From IMG/VR virus record IMGVR_UViG_3300024518_000034, positions 64,001 to 128,000 of that record: DNA of 64,000 nt, one strand, 5' to 3'. This stretch comes from a virus. This document shows positions 20,562-29,541 of this stretch, piece by piece. Positions within the stretch are counted from its first letter, which is position 1; every line of letters starts with the position of its first letter. A program made the position numbers and the translations under genes. The notes below the pieces were generated by a model. That model did no database searches, was not told the origin of the DNA, and saw nothing but the letters and a program-made list of their open reading frames with translations.

Positions 20562-21551
20562 ATGCATCCAAGTGAAGCGTTAGTTGAAAGAGGGACTAAG
20601 GATATACCAACAATGTCGCCAGTTGAACATTTCTGCGGGACGGAAAAGTTTGTAAAGAAAGCGATGAAAATTCAGCAAGAGAGAAATGGTGATTTTGACA
20701 TTACTATCGATCTGGAAGATGGTGCGCCAAAAGGTAAAGAGAAAGACAACCTTGATATGGCTATTGCTATGATCAAGTCAGACGACAATAAGTTTAATAG
20801 AATAGGTGTACGTATCCATGACCCAGGAAACGATTGGTGGTTTAAAGAGGCTAATTTATTGAGAGAAGAAGTTGGAGATAGATTAGCTTATATAACTTTG
20901 CCAAAAGTTCTAGGTGCGGAAGATGTAATGAAAATGAGAACAACGCTTTTTAGGTCAAACCTTTCTCTGCATGTAATCATTGAAACGCTTGAGGCGTTTC
21001 AGAATTTAGATGACATTTTAAAAGTACACAATGTAGATTTAGTAGATTTTGGCCTTATGGACTTTACATCTGCCCACCAGGGAATTCTTTCAAGAGATGT
21101 AATGAAATCGCCGCAGCAGTTTACAAACCCATTGATGCAATATTATAAGTCACAGTTTGTGGCAAAAGCCTTGGCAGCAGGTAAAGTGCCAGCACACAAT
21201 GTAACAGTGGATGTTGGTAAAAAGGACTTAGCATATAAAGACGCAGCAACAGCAAGAAACGATTTCGGCTTCTTGCGTATGTGGTCCGTCTTTCCTGCTC
21301 AGATAGATGAAATTATGAGAGGCATGGCGTCAGCATATAATCTCTTGCAGTTGAAGGCGTATTCTGATATCCTATGTAAGGCTCAAGAAGCGGACTGGGG
21401 TCCAATCGGTTATATGGGTAAGATGGAAGACAGAGCAACGTATAGACTTTATTGGCAGACTCTGAAGAGAGCAAGAAGTGTAACTGGAGTTGAAATTCCA
21501 GCAGAAGCAGAAGAAAGATTTTTTAAGGACGTTAAGCTAGTGGGAGCATAA
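20562..21551 (+). CDS. CitE/HpcH-family acyl-CoA lyase (malyl-CoA lyase/malate synthase-like)
   Basis: IDLEDGA, GVRIHD, LPKV, IIETL, FGLMDF, HNVT, GFLRMWSVFPAQI, DRATYR. Confidence 0.85.
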   Translation: MHPSEALVERGTKDIPTMSPVEHFCGTEKFVKKAMKIQQERNGDFDITIDLEDGAPKGKEKDNLDMAIAMIKSDDNKFNRIGVRIHDPGNDWWFKEANLLREEVGDRLAYITLPKVLGAEDVMKMRTTLFRSNLSLHVIIETLEAFQNLDDILKVHNVDLVDFGLMDFTSAHQGILSRDVMKSPQQFTNPLMQYYKSQFVAKALAAGKVPAHNVTVDVGKKDLAYKDAATARNDFGFLRMWSVFPAQIDEIMRGMASAYNLLQLKAYSDILCKAQEADWGPIGYMGKMEDRATYRLYWQTLKRARSVTGVEIPAEAEERFFKDVKLVGA

Positions 21552-21554
21552 AAA

Positions 21555-21905
21555 ATGTATTTAAACAAGTATCAAGAAGAAGCGACAAGAACAGCTAGGA
21601 ATTTTGAAGACGTTGAAATGGGGCCAACCAAGTTGGCCCTAGCTAATTGGGCGCTAGGTTTAGCAGGTGAAGCAGGAGAGGCGGCAGAGCTTGTAAAAAA
21701 GCATGTATTTCACGGACATGAGTTAGATTTGGCTGAAGTTAGAAAAGAGCTAGGTGATGTGTTGTGGTATATAGCTAATCTGGCTGAAACTGTGGGACTG
21801 GAAATGGAAGATATAGCTAAGGCTAATATTGAAAAGTTGAAAGCTAGATATGGTGATGGGTTTTCAGAAGAGAAATCTCAAAATAGAGTAGAATATAGCA
21901 ACTAA
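21555..21905 (+). CDS. MazG-like NTP pyrophosphohydrolase
   Basis: LGLAGEAGE, KELGDVLWY, NIEKLKARY. Confidence 0.9.
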   Translation: MYLNKYQEEATRTARNFEDVEMGPTKLALANWALGLAGEAGEAAELVKKHVFHGHELDLAEVRKELGDVLWYIANLAETVGLEMEDIAKANIEKLKARYGDGFSEEKSQNRVEYSN

Positions 21906-22816
21906 TGAACATATTAATGCTTTTTGCTTTTACTGATAAACCAGCCTCTCCAGCTTGGTATATCAGAAGGTCTTTTCTTCGTATGGGTCATAGTATAACT
22001 ACGATGGGCCATAATTGTGAGATTAATACTAAAGGTAAAAATCCTTATCAAACTCAAAACATTCACAGTATAATAAAAAAGAAGAATATTGATCTAGTTT
22101 TGGAAATAGACTCTGGAGGTTTTGACATAAGTTGGAACCCTGGACCTTTGAAGAATCAATATAAGAATGTTAAATTTGTATACTGGGGATCAGATACACA
22201 CTTGGGAACTGTTGCAGGAGTGTATGGGAACAAGAGAAAAAGATACGATTTGGCATTTTTCGCACAGAAGAAGTTTATTGATGATCAGCATATGTCTCAC
22301 AGGTATTGGTTACCACACGCATGTGATCCAGAATTTCACAATCCAGACATAAAAGACAAGAAGAAGATTCACGATGTAACATTTATTGGACATAAGCATC
22401 CTACGGTACATGGTAAAAGAATTACCTTGCTTCAAATGATTAAAAATGATAGAATAAACATTAATGACAGGTGTTATATTTATACAGATAAGATGGGTGC
22501 TGAGTTCGTTAAAAGCAGAATTGTGTTGAATTGTTCATTGAATGGCGACTTAAATATGAGGTTTTTTGAAGCCATGTGTTCTGGTGCATGTTTGCTGACT
22601 GATTGGTCAGATCATGGAGGTTTTACAGAACAAGGATTTAAAAGAGGGGAACATTATTGTGCTTACGATAGTAATCGTCATGCGGTGACAGCGATAAGAG
22701 CATTGCTTAACGACCATGAGAAAAGAAAGAGAATAGCTAAGGCTGGACAAAAGTATGTTTTGGAAAATCATACCTATGATAATAGGGCGAAAAAAATATT
22801 AAGTTTTGTAGAATGA
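21905..22816 (+). CDS. GT-B glycosyltransferase (CgeB/YkvP-like)
   Basis: WLPHACDP, VTFIG, LNCSLNGDLNMRFFEAMCSGACLLTD, HTYDNRA. Confidence 0.87.
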   Translation: MNILMLFAFTDKPASPAWYIRRSFLRMGHSITTMGHNCEINTKGKNPYQTQNIHSIIKKKNIDLVLEIDSGGFDISWNPGPLKNQYKNVKFVYWGSDTHLGTVAGVYGNKRKRYDLAFFAQKKFIDDQHMSHRYWLPHACDPEFHNPDIKDKKKIHDVTFIGHKHPTVHGKRITLLQMIKNDRININDRCYIYTDKMGAEFVKSRIVLNCSLNGDLNMRFFEAMCSGACLLTDWSDHGGFTEQGFKRGEHYCAYDSNRHAVTAIRALLNDHEKRKRIAKAGQKYVLENHTYDNRAKKILSFVE

Positions 22817-23295
22817 GCAGCACTGTTGATTATTTTGGTATTGTTTACGGAAGGAATCAAACAATGAATTGGAAATATTACGAACTAGTTGAAGGCGTGC
22901 ATAATAAGTTTTGGATGATAGCTAGACATGAAGATGGAAAAGGATTCACGGCGCGATGGGGGAAAATTGGAACAACTGGTCAAATGCAAATGAAGAATTT
23001 TTCAAGCGTAAGTAGGACTATAAAAGCCTTTAATGACAAAGTGTGGGAGAAAACTAAAAAGAGGTATGTATTAAAACATCATGGGGATGATTTCTTGACA
23101 GCGGAAGGTGCTAATGCGTATAGGCCTGGTCGCCCAATTACGGAAACTATGAAGTACTTCAGAAGAAGAGATCCAATCGTACATGATCCAAATAAGACAA
23201 TCACACCGGCACCAAAGAAGAAAAAAGCTAAAGGTAAGAAGACTGCGATAAAGCCAAAGTTTAAAATAAGAATAAGGAAAAGAAAAGCAGAATGA
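22813..23295 (+). CDS. WGR-domain protein with basic tail
   Basis: YYEL-NKFWMI-ARWGKIGTTGQ-EKTKKRY. Confidence 0.8.
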   Translation: MSSTVDYFGIVYGRNQTMNWKYYELVEGVHNKFWMIARHEDGKGFTARWGKIGTTGQMQMKNFSSVSRTIKAFNDKVWEKTKKRYVLKHHGDDFLTAEGANAYRPGRPITETMKYFRRRDPIVHDPNKTITPAPKKKKAKGKKTAIKPKFKIRIRKRKAE

Positions 23296-24281
23296 AGATA
23301 GCAATGTTGACAACATGGGATGTCCGATGTGGTATCGCACAAAACTCAAAGTTTTTAGTAGATGCATTAATTGAAGCTGGACATGAGGTGGGATTATTTG
23401 TTCAATTTAGTAATGATATTGAAAAGAAAGAAAGAGTGCCTCCTTCCTGCATCCATAGAAGAGATAAGAATGGCGAGTATTGGTCATATTTTAAATTATG
23501 GCGATGTTGGAGTTGGTATGGGAGATCAGATAAAGTAGAATTTGATGTAGAACCAATTAAGGAATTTAAGCCAGACGTGATTCACGTTCAATATGAGTCA
23601 TTCCTTTGGCATGAATCATACTTGCCGCAACTAAAAGGTATAGCACCGATAGTAATAACCCACCATTCGTCTTGTACGGGTCCAGGTTGTCCTGTAAATG
23701 AAGCACAGGCTAATGTTGTACACGATGAAGAGTTTCCCGCTTTACCTAATAGGAGAATAATCCCTATGGGCATTCCAGACACCTTTGATTTTGTTAATTT
23801 CGAAGACACAGAACCAGTAATGGGTTCGTTTGGATTGCACAGAAATAATGATGACTATTGTAAGGAGGCCATGACTTTGGTCAGTAAAGCGTTGTCAGCA
23901 CCTATTCATTATAGAACACATTATGGCAATTCAAAATGGGTTCCAACAGAAGAACTGGTAAAAATCTTACAGAAGAATAGAATGTTGGCTTTGATTTATC
24001 CAAAAACAGGCGCTGTGGTGTCGAGTAGTGCAGCATGTGTAGCTTTGGGGGCAGGACTTCCTGTATTATGTTCAAACACTAGGTGGTTTAAACATTTAAG
24101 TAAATATGTACATCTTATTGATACTGTAGAAGAGATGGCTCACATTATAGGTCATTATATGGTAGAGGAAGATTTTTGGAATATTGCAAGAGATAGGGCT
24201 ACGCAGGCCAGAGAAGAAAGAGGCTGGAGTAAGATTGCTAAACAACACGAGAATCTATATAAGGAGATTTTAAATGGATGA
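23292..24281 (+). CDS. Glycosyltransferase family 4-like
   Basis: KIAMLTTWDVRCGIA, DVIHVQYE, SSSAACVALGAGLPVLCS, WSKIAKQHENLY. Confidence 0.82.
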   Translation: MKIAMLTTWDVRCGIAQNSKFLVDALIEAGHEVGLFVQFSNDIEKKERVPPSCIHRRDKNGEYWSYFKLWRCWSWYGRSDKVEFDVEPIKEFKPDVIHVQYESFLWHESYLPQLKGIAPIVITHHSSCTGPGCPVNEAQANVVHDEEFPALPNRRIIPMGIPDTFDFVNFEDTEPVMGSFGLHRNNDDYCKEAMTLVSKALSAPIHYRTHYGNSKWVPTEELVKILQKNRMLALIYPKTGAVVSSSAACVALGAGLPVLCSNTRWFKHLSKYVHLIDTVEEMAHIIGHYMVEEDFWNIARDRATQAREERGWSKIAKQHENLYKEILNG

Positions 24282-24699
24282 ACAAGAGAAGATGCTTTCG
24301 GAAGATATATCCGTAGGCAAGATGTGCCCATTTTTGATGGGAACGGCAGAAGACTTTCAATCAAATCAGGCTATATGTGTGGGAGATAAATGTGCCTTGC
24401 ATCAAACTATGCATGAAAGTTATGTAGAGACAGATGACAATGAGGAACCAGTTGTAAAAGATGGACAACCAGTGGTTAAAACTAAAGAAATAAAAGGATG
24501 TTCGTTTGCGTTGTCTTCTAGATTAGAATATATGTCTGTAATGACATTGTCTGACTCAAACAGAACAGGGCACTTTGTAGCCCAGGGACTTTCAAAACTT
24601 ATGCAGGCAATGACGCCTGTGGGAATGAATAAACCAAAAGGTGGGATCGTTTTACCAAGAGGTAATATAGCACCAAGTCAAATGGGTCCAGCAAGATAA
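24274..24699 (+). CDS. Hypothetical protein with Cys motif
   Basis: CPF-CVGDKCAL-C. Confidence 0.6.
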   Translation: MDEQEKMLSEDISVGKMCPFLMGTAEDFQSNQAICVGDKCALHQTMHESYVETDDNEEPVVKDGQPVVKTKEIKGCSFALSSRLEYMSVMTLSDSNRTGHFVAQGLSKLMQAMTPVGMNKPKGGIVLPRGNIAPSQMGPAR

Positions 24700-24703
24700 A
24701 TGA

Positions 24704-25333
24704 ATGAAGAAGAATCAAACCAAGAGTAGATTAGAGAAGATAGACAGATCTGTATTTCTTTTACAAAACGGTACTATACCGGAAAGGGAGTCATCATCTA
24801 GAGATCTTCTTGAAATATTTCACCCATTGGTAATCTCTGCTGCTCAAAGGATCGCTAACAGATTTCCTCATAATTTGCAGGAAATAATACCTGTGGTGCA
24901 AAACAAGCTTATTGTGATAATTATTGAGTTTCGTACTCCGAGAAAGGATACGAGAGGAAATGGTCGTCCCAAGGGTGGCTGGGCACCTAATATTAATGTG
25001 TATTTAAGGCAAAATCTCTACTATTTTAGTATGCTTGAAATAAGGAAAGATATTAGTGGGTCTAAAAATAGTAATCAAGACTCAACTATAGTGATACAAG
25101 ACATTTGTGATTATGAGACGCAAGGTACGGTTGAGTATGATTACGATGTAGCATCGGAAATGCTAGGAATGATTGAATTTGAATATGGAGCGAAAATAAG
25201 GGATGTGGTAATGCTTAAGTACCTTTTTGGGTTTAAATATGCAGAAATCAGTTGGATTACAGATATGTCTAATATACAAATAAGAAATAGTCTTAGTAGA
25301 GTTAAGAACAAATTTCAATCAATAAAGCTATAG
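24704..25333 (+). CDS. Putative phage RNA polymerase sigma factor (ECF-like)
   Basis: Region-2-like helices (LLEIFHPLVISAAQRI) and region-4 HTH (LFGFKYAEISWITDMSNIQIRNSLSRVKNK). Confidence 0.65.
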   Translation: MKKNQTKSRLEKIDRSVFLLQNGTIPERESSSRDLLEIFHPLVISAAQRIANRFPHNLQEIIPVVQNKLIVIIIEFRTPRKDTRGNGRPKGGWAPNINVYLRQNLYYFSMLEIRKDISGSKNSNQDSTIVIQDICDYETQGTVEYDYDVASEMLGMIEFEYGAKIRDVVMLKYLFGFKYAEISWITDMSNIQIRNSLSRVKNKFQSIKL

Positions 25334-25338
25334 TAATT

Positions 25339-25515
25339 ATGAGGTTATCATCAAGTTTAAAAGGTTATTGCGTGTCTTGTAACGATGAAAAGATATTCGT
25401 TAAGAAGAGAATGCAAACGATGGGTGAGCGTAAAGTAATAAAAGGTAAGTGTGATTGTGGTATGTTAATGATAAAAATAGTAGATGGGCCTGGGGGAAAG
25501 AATGCCAACTTATAG
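25339..25515 (+). CDS. Small Zn-ribbon protein, 58 aa (below the ORF-track cutoff)
   Basis: MRLSSSLKGYCVSCNDEK-KGKCDCGM; fills the gap. Confidence 0.6.
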   Translation: MRLSSSLKGYCVSCNDEKIFVKKRMQTMGERKVIKGKCDCGMLMIKIVDGPGGKNANL

Positions 25516-26047
25516 ATTTCAGTGTGATTCGTGTGAAGGTTATTATGAAGAAGTATTTCATGGATATGAAGAAAGAGGACCATTTGAGTGCAAATGTGGT
25601 GGTTCTTTGGAAAGAACTATGAAGGGGTGTATTCCAGGTCTTAAGTTTGTTGGTAAAGGTTGGAATGACAAGGATCGTAAAATAGATGAGCATATGGACT
25701 GGGTCGGTCAGGTTATGGCAGAGCCCGTGTGTGCAAGCGAAATAGATGAAGGTAAGGACATGTTGAGAGAGAGGGAGCAGGAGAAGGGGTATCCTGAAGG
25801 TTATTTGACAGGTGACAGACCGCAGGAAACTAAATTGGTAGAAGCAAAAACAGGACAGCAGGTTGATATAAGTAAAATGGTTGACGCGGGCCTAGCTACT
25901 CAGGGTGCTGTGGAAAAGAAAATAGCAGATAGTGTAAAGGCTGGAGATTTGGTAGAGGTAAAGCAGACTAAGCTCCAGGGGGCAGAAAAGATTAAAAAGA
26001 GAGCGAAAGCTCAAGCTGCAGAAAGAAGAAGGACTACGGGGTCATGA
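25502..26047 (+). CDS. FmdB-family zinc-ribbon protein
   Basis: MPTYRFQCDSC-CKCGG-FVGKGWND. Confidence 0.8.
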   Translation: MPTYRFQCDSCEGYYEEVFHGYEERGPFECKCGGSLERTMKGCIPGLKFVGKGWNDKDRKIDEHMDWVGQVMAEPVCASEIDEGKDMLREREQEKGYPEGYLTGDRPQETKLVEAKTGQQVDISKMVDAGLATQGAVEKKIADSVKAGDLVEVKQTKLQGAEKIKKRAKAQAAERRRTTGS

Positions 26048-26307
26048 AAATATTTACAAGAGAAGAATATGAAAAATATGATTTGAAGCATGTACGAGAT
26101 AAATTAGAAGGAACGTGGTCGGACAAGTTTCAAATATGGGATCCGCCTTTGGGATATAGAAAAACGTATGGGGAATATCCAGTTATTAGGTGGGACGAGA
26201 AGAAAAATCTTTATGAGAAAGTTAGAAACTATATTAGAGCGAGAACGTACCGTTTTAAAAGATTAAAAAGATATCTTAAAAAAGTGATGCAAGGGAGAAG
26301 AGAATAA
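26044..26307 (+). CDS. Hypothetical protein
   Basis: ATGA overlap with upstream gene. Confidence 0.6.
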   Translation: MKIFTREEYEKYDLKHVRDKLEGTWSDKFQIWDPPLGYRKTYGEYPVIRWDEKKNLYEKVRNYIRARTYRFKRLKRYLKKVMQGRRE

Positions 26308-26477
26308 TGATAGCATGTTTCGGATTATGCCCAGTCGATTGGGTAATTGCAGGATTGCTGGCTGTAGGGGTCGGTGGCACAACATTGGCAAACTATTTAA
26401 AAGAAAAAAGATGTGGGAAAAAGGAATGTTGCACACATAAAGATGGAGAACATACAAAAGAAGAAGAAACTACTTAA
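26307..26477 (+). CDS. Small single-TM protein, 56 aa
   Basis: MIACFGLCPVDWVIAGLLAVGVGGTTLANYLKEK; start overlaps the upstream TAA. Confidence 0.5.
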   Translation: MIACFGLCPVDWVIAGLLAVGVGGTTLANYLKEKRCGKKECCTHKDGEHTKEEETT

Positions 26478-27939
26478 ATATAGGCTACATCAATTAACAG
26501 ACGAAGAACTGTGTAGTGATAGTATGGTTAGAAGTGCTGCTGATGAGGAAAATTATCCTGGGTTTGAATTTAGACCGCTAAGAAAAAAGGATTATTTTAG
26601 TCCAGAGAAAGAGATGGAAGTGCCTATGGCTCCTATGGATTTATATAATGAATTAGGAGAAGCGATAACAGAAGAAGAAAGACAGGTAGAACAAGGAGGA
26701 TTTCCTTCTATACCTGAAAAAGAAAGAAACCTTCCTCAAATGAGGGAGGAAAGAAGAGATCTGGAAGATCCAGAAGCTGCAATGCGTGTGTTAGGAGTAT
26801 ATTCTGAAAGATTTGAGGAGATTGCTGATAAGGTTTTTCAAATAAAGCGAGGATTGAAATCTATCACTGACGAGATTGAAAAAAAGAAAGAAGAACATAA
26901 AGCTAATGTTGAAATTGTAAGAACGTTAGCGATACGTGATAAAATATATCACACAATGAACACGGCAATAATACCTATATTTAAAACACATAGGAGAATA
27001 ATATGGGCAGTCCAGCAAGAAATCAAAAGGACAACTAAAGAATCTAGTTGGTATACAACACCTGAAGAGATTGAAGAGTTAAACGCTAAATATCCAAGAA
27101 GAGAACCTTTCAGATATGAAACTACGTCAAAAGGCGTTCGTTTCTTGAGAATGAGAGAGTTTAAGGATAGGTGGGTAGATGATAGAGAAGAAGAAAATAA
27201 AATCTATCAAAACATGGGCAATGCTGTAGCTTCTGCGTGGCAATCCTATGAGAGAGCGCTGAGACTTAAGGGTGAATTTTTGATAAGATATGCACAGCAG
27301 GATAATCTCTTAATGGCCCTAGAGAGTCTCGCAAATGATATGGAAGTTTTGGCGCAAGCAGCTTCGGAATTGGCAGAGCGAGATAGACAGACGGAAATGG
27401 CACTTGGGGCAGAATTGGAGATGCCTAAGGCAGCAAAATTAATTTCCCCAGATAACTTTTCTAAGATAGCTGTTGAAACTTTAGATGAGTTTTTGCAGCC
27501 GCCAATGATGTCAGATTTAGACGAAGAGGAACAAGGAATTCCTCCAGCCCAGCCAATAATGGATGATGGGACTCTAGAGCCTATTCCAGTAGACGATGAT
27601 GAATTTTTAAGACTTAAGTTTCCTGAAAATGATAGGATGCCTGAGTCGATGTGGGCAAAAATTCAATTTGCTGGAGCTAAGAATCTTTTAATAAGTATAA
27701 CTTATACAAAGATCACCCCACCTGAAGAAGGAATGACTAAGTCGTATGTCGTTGAACCATATTCGTTTAGATTGAAGCGACCAAGGCGCACAGGAGGCGG
27801 CTCACAGTATTATTTCTTTGCATATGATACAGAGGATCACCATATTAAAGGTTTTATATACAGGCGTATTCAGAGTATAGAAATATTGCCAGAGAGTTTT
27901 GATCCTAGATGGGAGGTTGAATTTCATTGGGCAGATTAG
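26413..27939 (+). CDS. Coiled-coil protein with C-terminal WYL-like domain (true start possibly 26524)
   Basis: C-terminal ISITYTK-YVVEPYSFR-YFFAYDTEDHHIKGFIYRRIQSI fits the WYL pattern. Confidence 0.7.
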   Translation: MGKRNVAHIKMENIQKKKKLLKYRLHQLTDEELCSDSMVRSAADEENYPGFEFRPLRKKDYFSPEKEMEVPMAPMDLYNELGEAITEEERQVEQGGFPSIPEKERNLPQMREERRDLEDPEAAMRVLGVYSERFEEIADKVFQIKRGLKSITDEIEKKKEEHKANVEIVRTLAIRDKIYHTMNTAIIPIFKTHRRIIWAVQQEIKRTTKESSWYTTPEEIEELNAKYPRREPFRYETTSKGVRFLRMREFKDRWVDDREEENKIYQNMGNAVASAWQSYERALRLKGEFLIRYAQQDNLLMALESLANDMEVLAQAASELAERDRQTEMALGAELEMPKAAKLISPDNFSKIAVETLDEFLQPPMMSDLDEEEQGIPPAQPIMDDGTLEPIPVDDDEFLRLKFPENDRMPESMWAKIQFAGAKNLLISITYTKITPPEEGMTKSYVVEPYSFRLKRPRRTGGGSQYYFFAYDTEDHHIKGFIYRRIQSIEILPESFDPRWEVEFHWAD

Positions 27940-28451
27940 GTAAGTGTATTTGGTTATATGGGTTGTCAGGATCGGGAAAGTCCACGATTGCAAATGAGCT
28001 TTTGATGAGGTGGGGGCCGTTTCACGTCACTTTATTAGATGGAGATGAAGTGAGAAAAAACTTATCTTATGGGTTAGGATTTTCTAAAGAGGATAGAGAA
28101 AGACACGCACTGAGGGTGGCGTGGGTTGCAGCAGAAATAGTAAGACATGGAGGAACTGCAATAGCTGCTTTAATTACACCTTATGAATCTACTAGAGAAA
28201 AAATAAGAGAAATTGTAGGAAAAGAAAATCTTATTGAAGTTTATGTGGATACTGCCTTAGAGGAGTGTGAAAAGAGAGATCCTAAGGGGTTGTATAAGAA
28301 AGTTAGAGCGGGCGAAATTAAAAATTTTACTGGAATAAGTGATCCTTTTGAGTTTCCAAAAGAAGATCCAGACGTAATTATAGATACTTCAAAATGCTCA
28401 CCAATTGATGCTGTGGGCAAAATATATAAAGTTTTAATGGACAATGAATAG
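27927..28451 (+). CDS. cysC: Adenylyl-sulfate (APS) kinase
   Basis: WLYGLSGSGKSTIA, LDGDEVR, LGFSKEDRE, ITPY, RDPKGLYKK, FTGISDPFE. Confidence 0.95.
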   Translation: MGRLGKCIWLYGLSGSGKSTIANELLMRWGPFHVTLLDGDEVRKNLSYGLGFSKEDRERHALRVAWVAAEIVRHGGTAIAALITPYESTREKIREIVGKENLIEVYVDTALEECEKRDPKGLYKKVRAGEIKNFTGISDPFEFPKEDPDVIIDTSKCSPIDAVGKIYKVLMDNE

Positions 28452-28770
28452 AAATAAATACATACCAGGCAAGGATTTATCAAATATAGAGAAGATTGCT
28501 ATCAAGTGTTGCAAAGGTAAAACGATAATGGAAATCTACTATATAAAGAAGGGTTATCCGAATGGTAAAAGATACGAAATTGAGCCATATGAGATCAAAA
28601 ATGGCGGCTTGTATGCATTTCACCCAGAGGATAACACTATTAAGAGATTCAATTTAGGTGGTATTGTACAAGTAGGGGAACTTAATAAAAAGTGGGAAGT
28701 AGAAGAAGGCCACGAGAGAGAAAATTTTGAGCTAAAATTAGCTAAAAAAGGAGAAACTGATGAGAGGTAG
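28444..28770 (+). CDS. Stand-alone WYL-like domain protein
   Basis: MEIYY-RYEIEPYEI-LYAFHPEDNTIKRFNLGGI. Confidence 0.7.
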   Translation: MNRNKYIPGKDLSNIEKIAIKCCKGKTIMEIYYIKKGYPNGKRYEIEPYEIKNGGLYAFHPEDNTIKRFNLGGIVQVGELNKKWEVEEGHERENFELKLAKKGETDER

Positions 28771-29275
28771 ATTGCCAGTAAATAGAAAAAAAATTGATAA
28801 AGTATCAGATATGTACTTTGATAAATATTCACAATTAATTCAAAGTCAGCAGCCCCAGGATATGGATCCACAGATGGGTCAGGCAGATGTAGGCGCGGCA
28901 CAGGGATTGCCAGCCTCACCGCAAGATGGAATGGCTCAAACAATACCCAATATGGTAGACAGGACGCATGATGTTAGGGAAATTGTTAAAAATTATGAAA
29001 GATTGGAAAAGTTAGTTAGCTCTAATTTGAAGATGTGGCAAAAGATGCTGGAAAGTGATGGTCAGGATACGGCAGGTTTTCTAGATGATCCAAATGAGTG
29101 GGACGATAAAAAATGGGGTGAAGCAACTAAGGCTACTGAAAGATTAGTTAAAGATGCAAATAATGCTCTAATGAAGACGGGTGAAACAGGGGCGATAGAG
29201 GGCGGCGAAGTATTAGGGCCTGATCTTGGAGGAGAAGACGAAGAGATTGATTTACTGGGAGAGGAAGCTATATAA
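28760..29275 (+). CDS. Hypothetical Gln/acidic protein (possibly virion)
   Basis: Low complexity, acidic tail, SD GGAG. Confidence 0.65.
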   Translation: MRGRLPVNRKKIDKVSDMYFDKYSQLIQSQQPQDMDPQMGQADVGAAQGLPASPQDGMAQTIPNMVDRTHDVREIVKNYERLEKLVSSNLKMWQKMLESDGQDTAGFLDDPNEWDDKKWGEATKATERLVKDANNALMKTGETGAIEGGEVLGPDLGGEDEEIDLLGEEAI

Positions 29276-29541
29276 TGTTAATAGGGAACTGCGACGTAAG
29301 GAGTGCGAAGGTATCATCGGGGGGACATTGGATATGTCCATTTTGCTGCCAAATGGTAGCAAAAAAGTTTAAAATACATAAGCAGTGCGATGCTGTATTG
29401 GTAGAGCGTGGTAACTTGACTGCTGCATATAGAAAGAGAAGTGACAGTGGAGTGTGGGGCGGAAAAGCTGATAGTTTAACTCATAGTAAAATATTAAGGG
29501 AATTAAGAAGAGCATCGGACAAAGGCGAAAAAATAGAATAG
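29275..29541 (+). CDS. Hypothetical Cys-containing protein
   Basis: WICPFCC-HKQC. Confidence 0.55.
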   Translation: MLIGNCDVRSAKVSSGGHWICPFCCQMVAKKFKIHKQCDAVLVERGNLTAAYRKRSDSGVWGGKADSLTHSKILRELRRASDKGEKIE

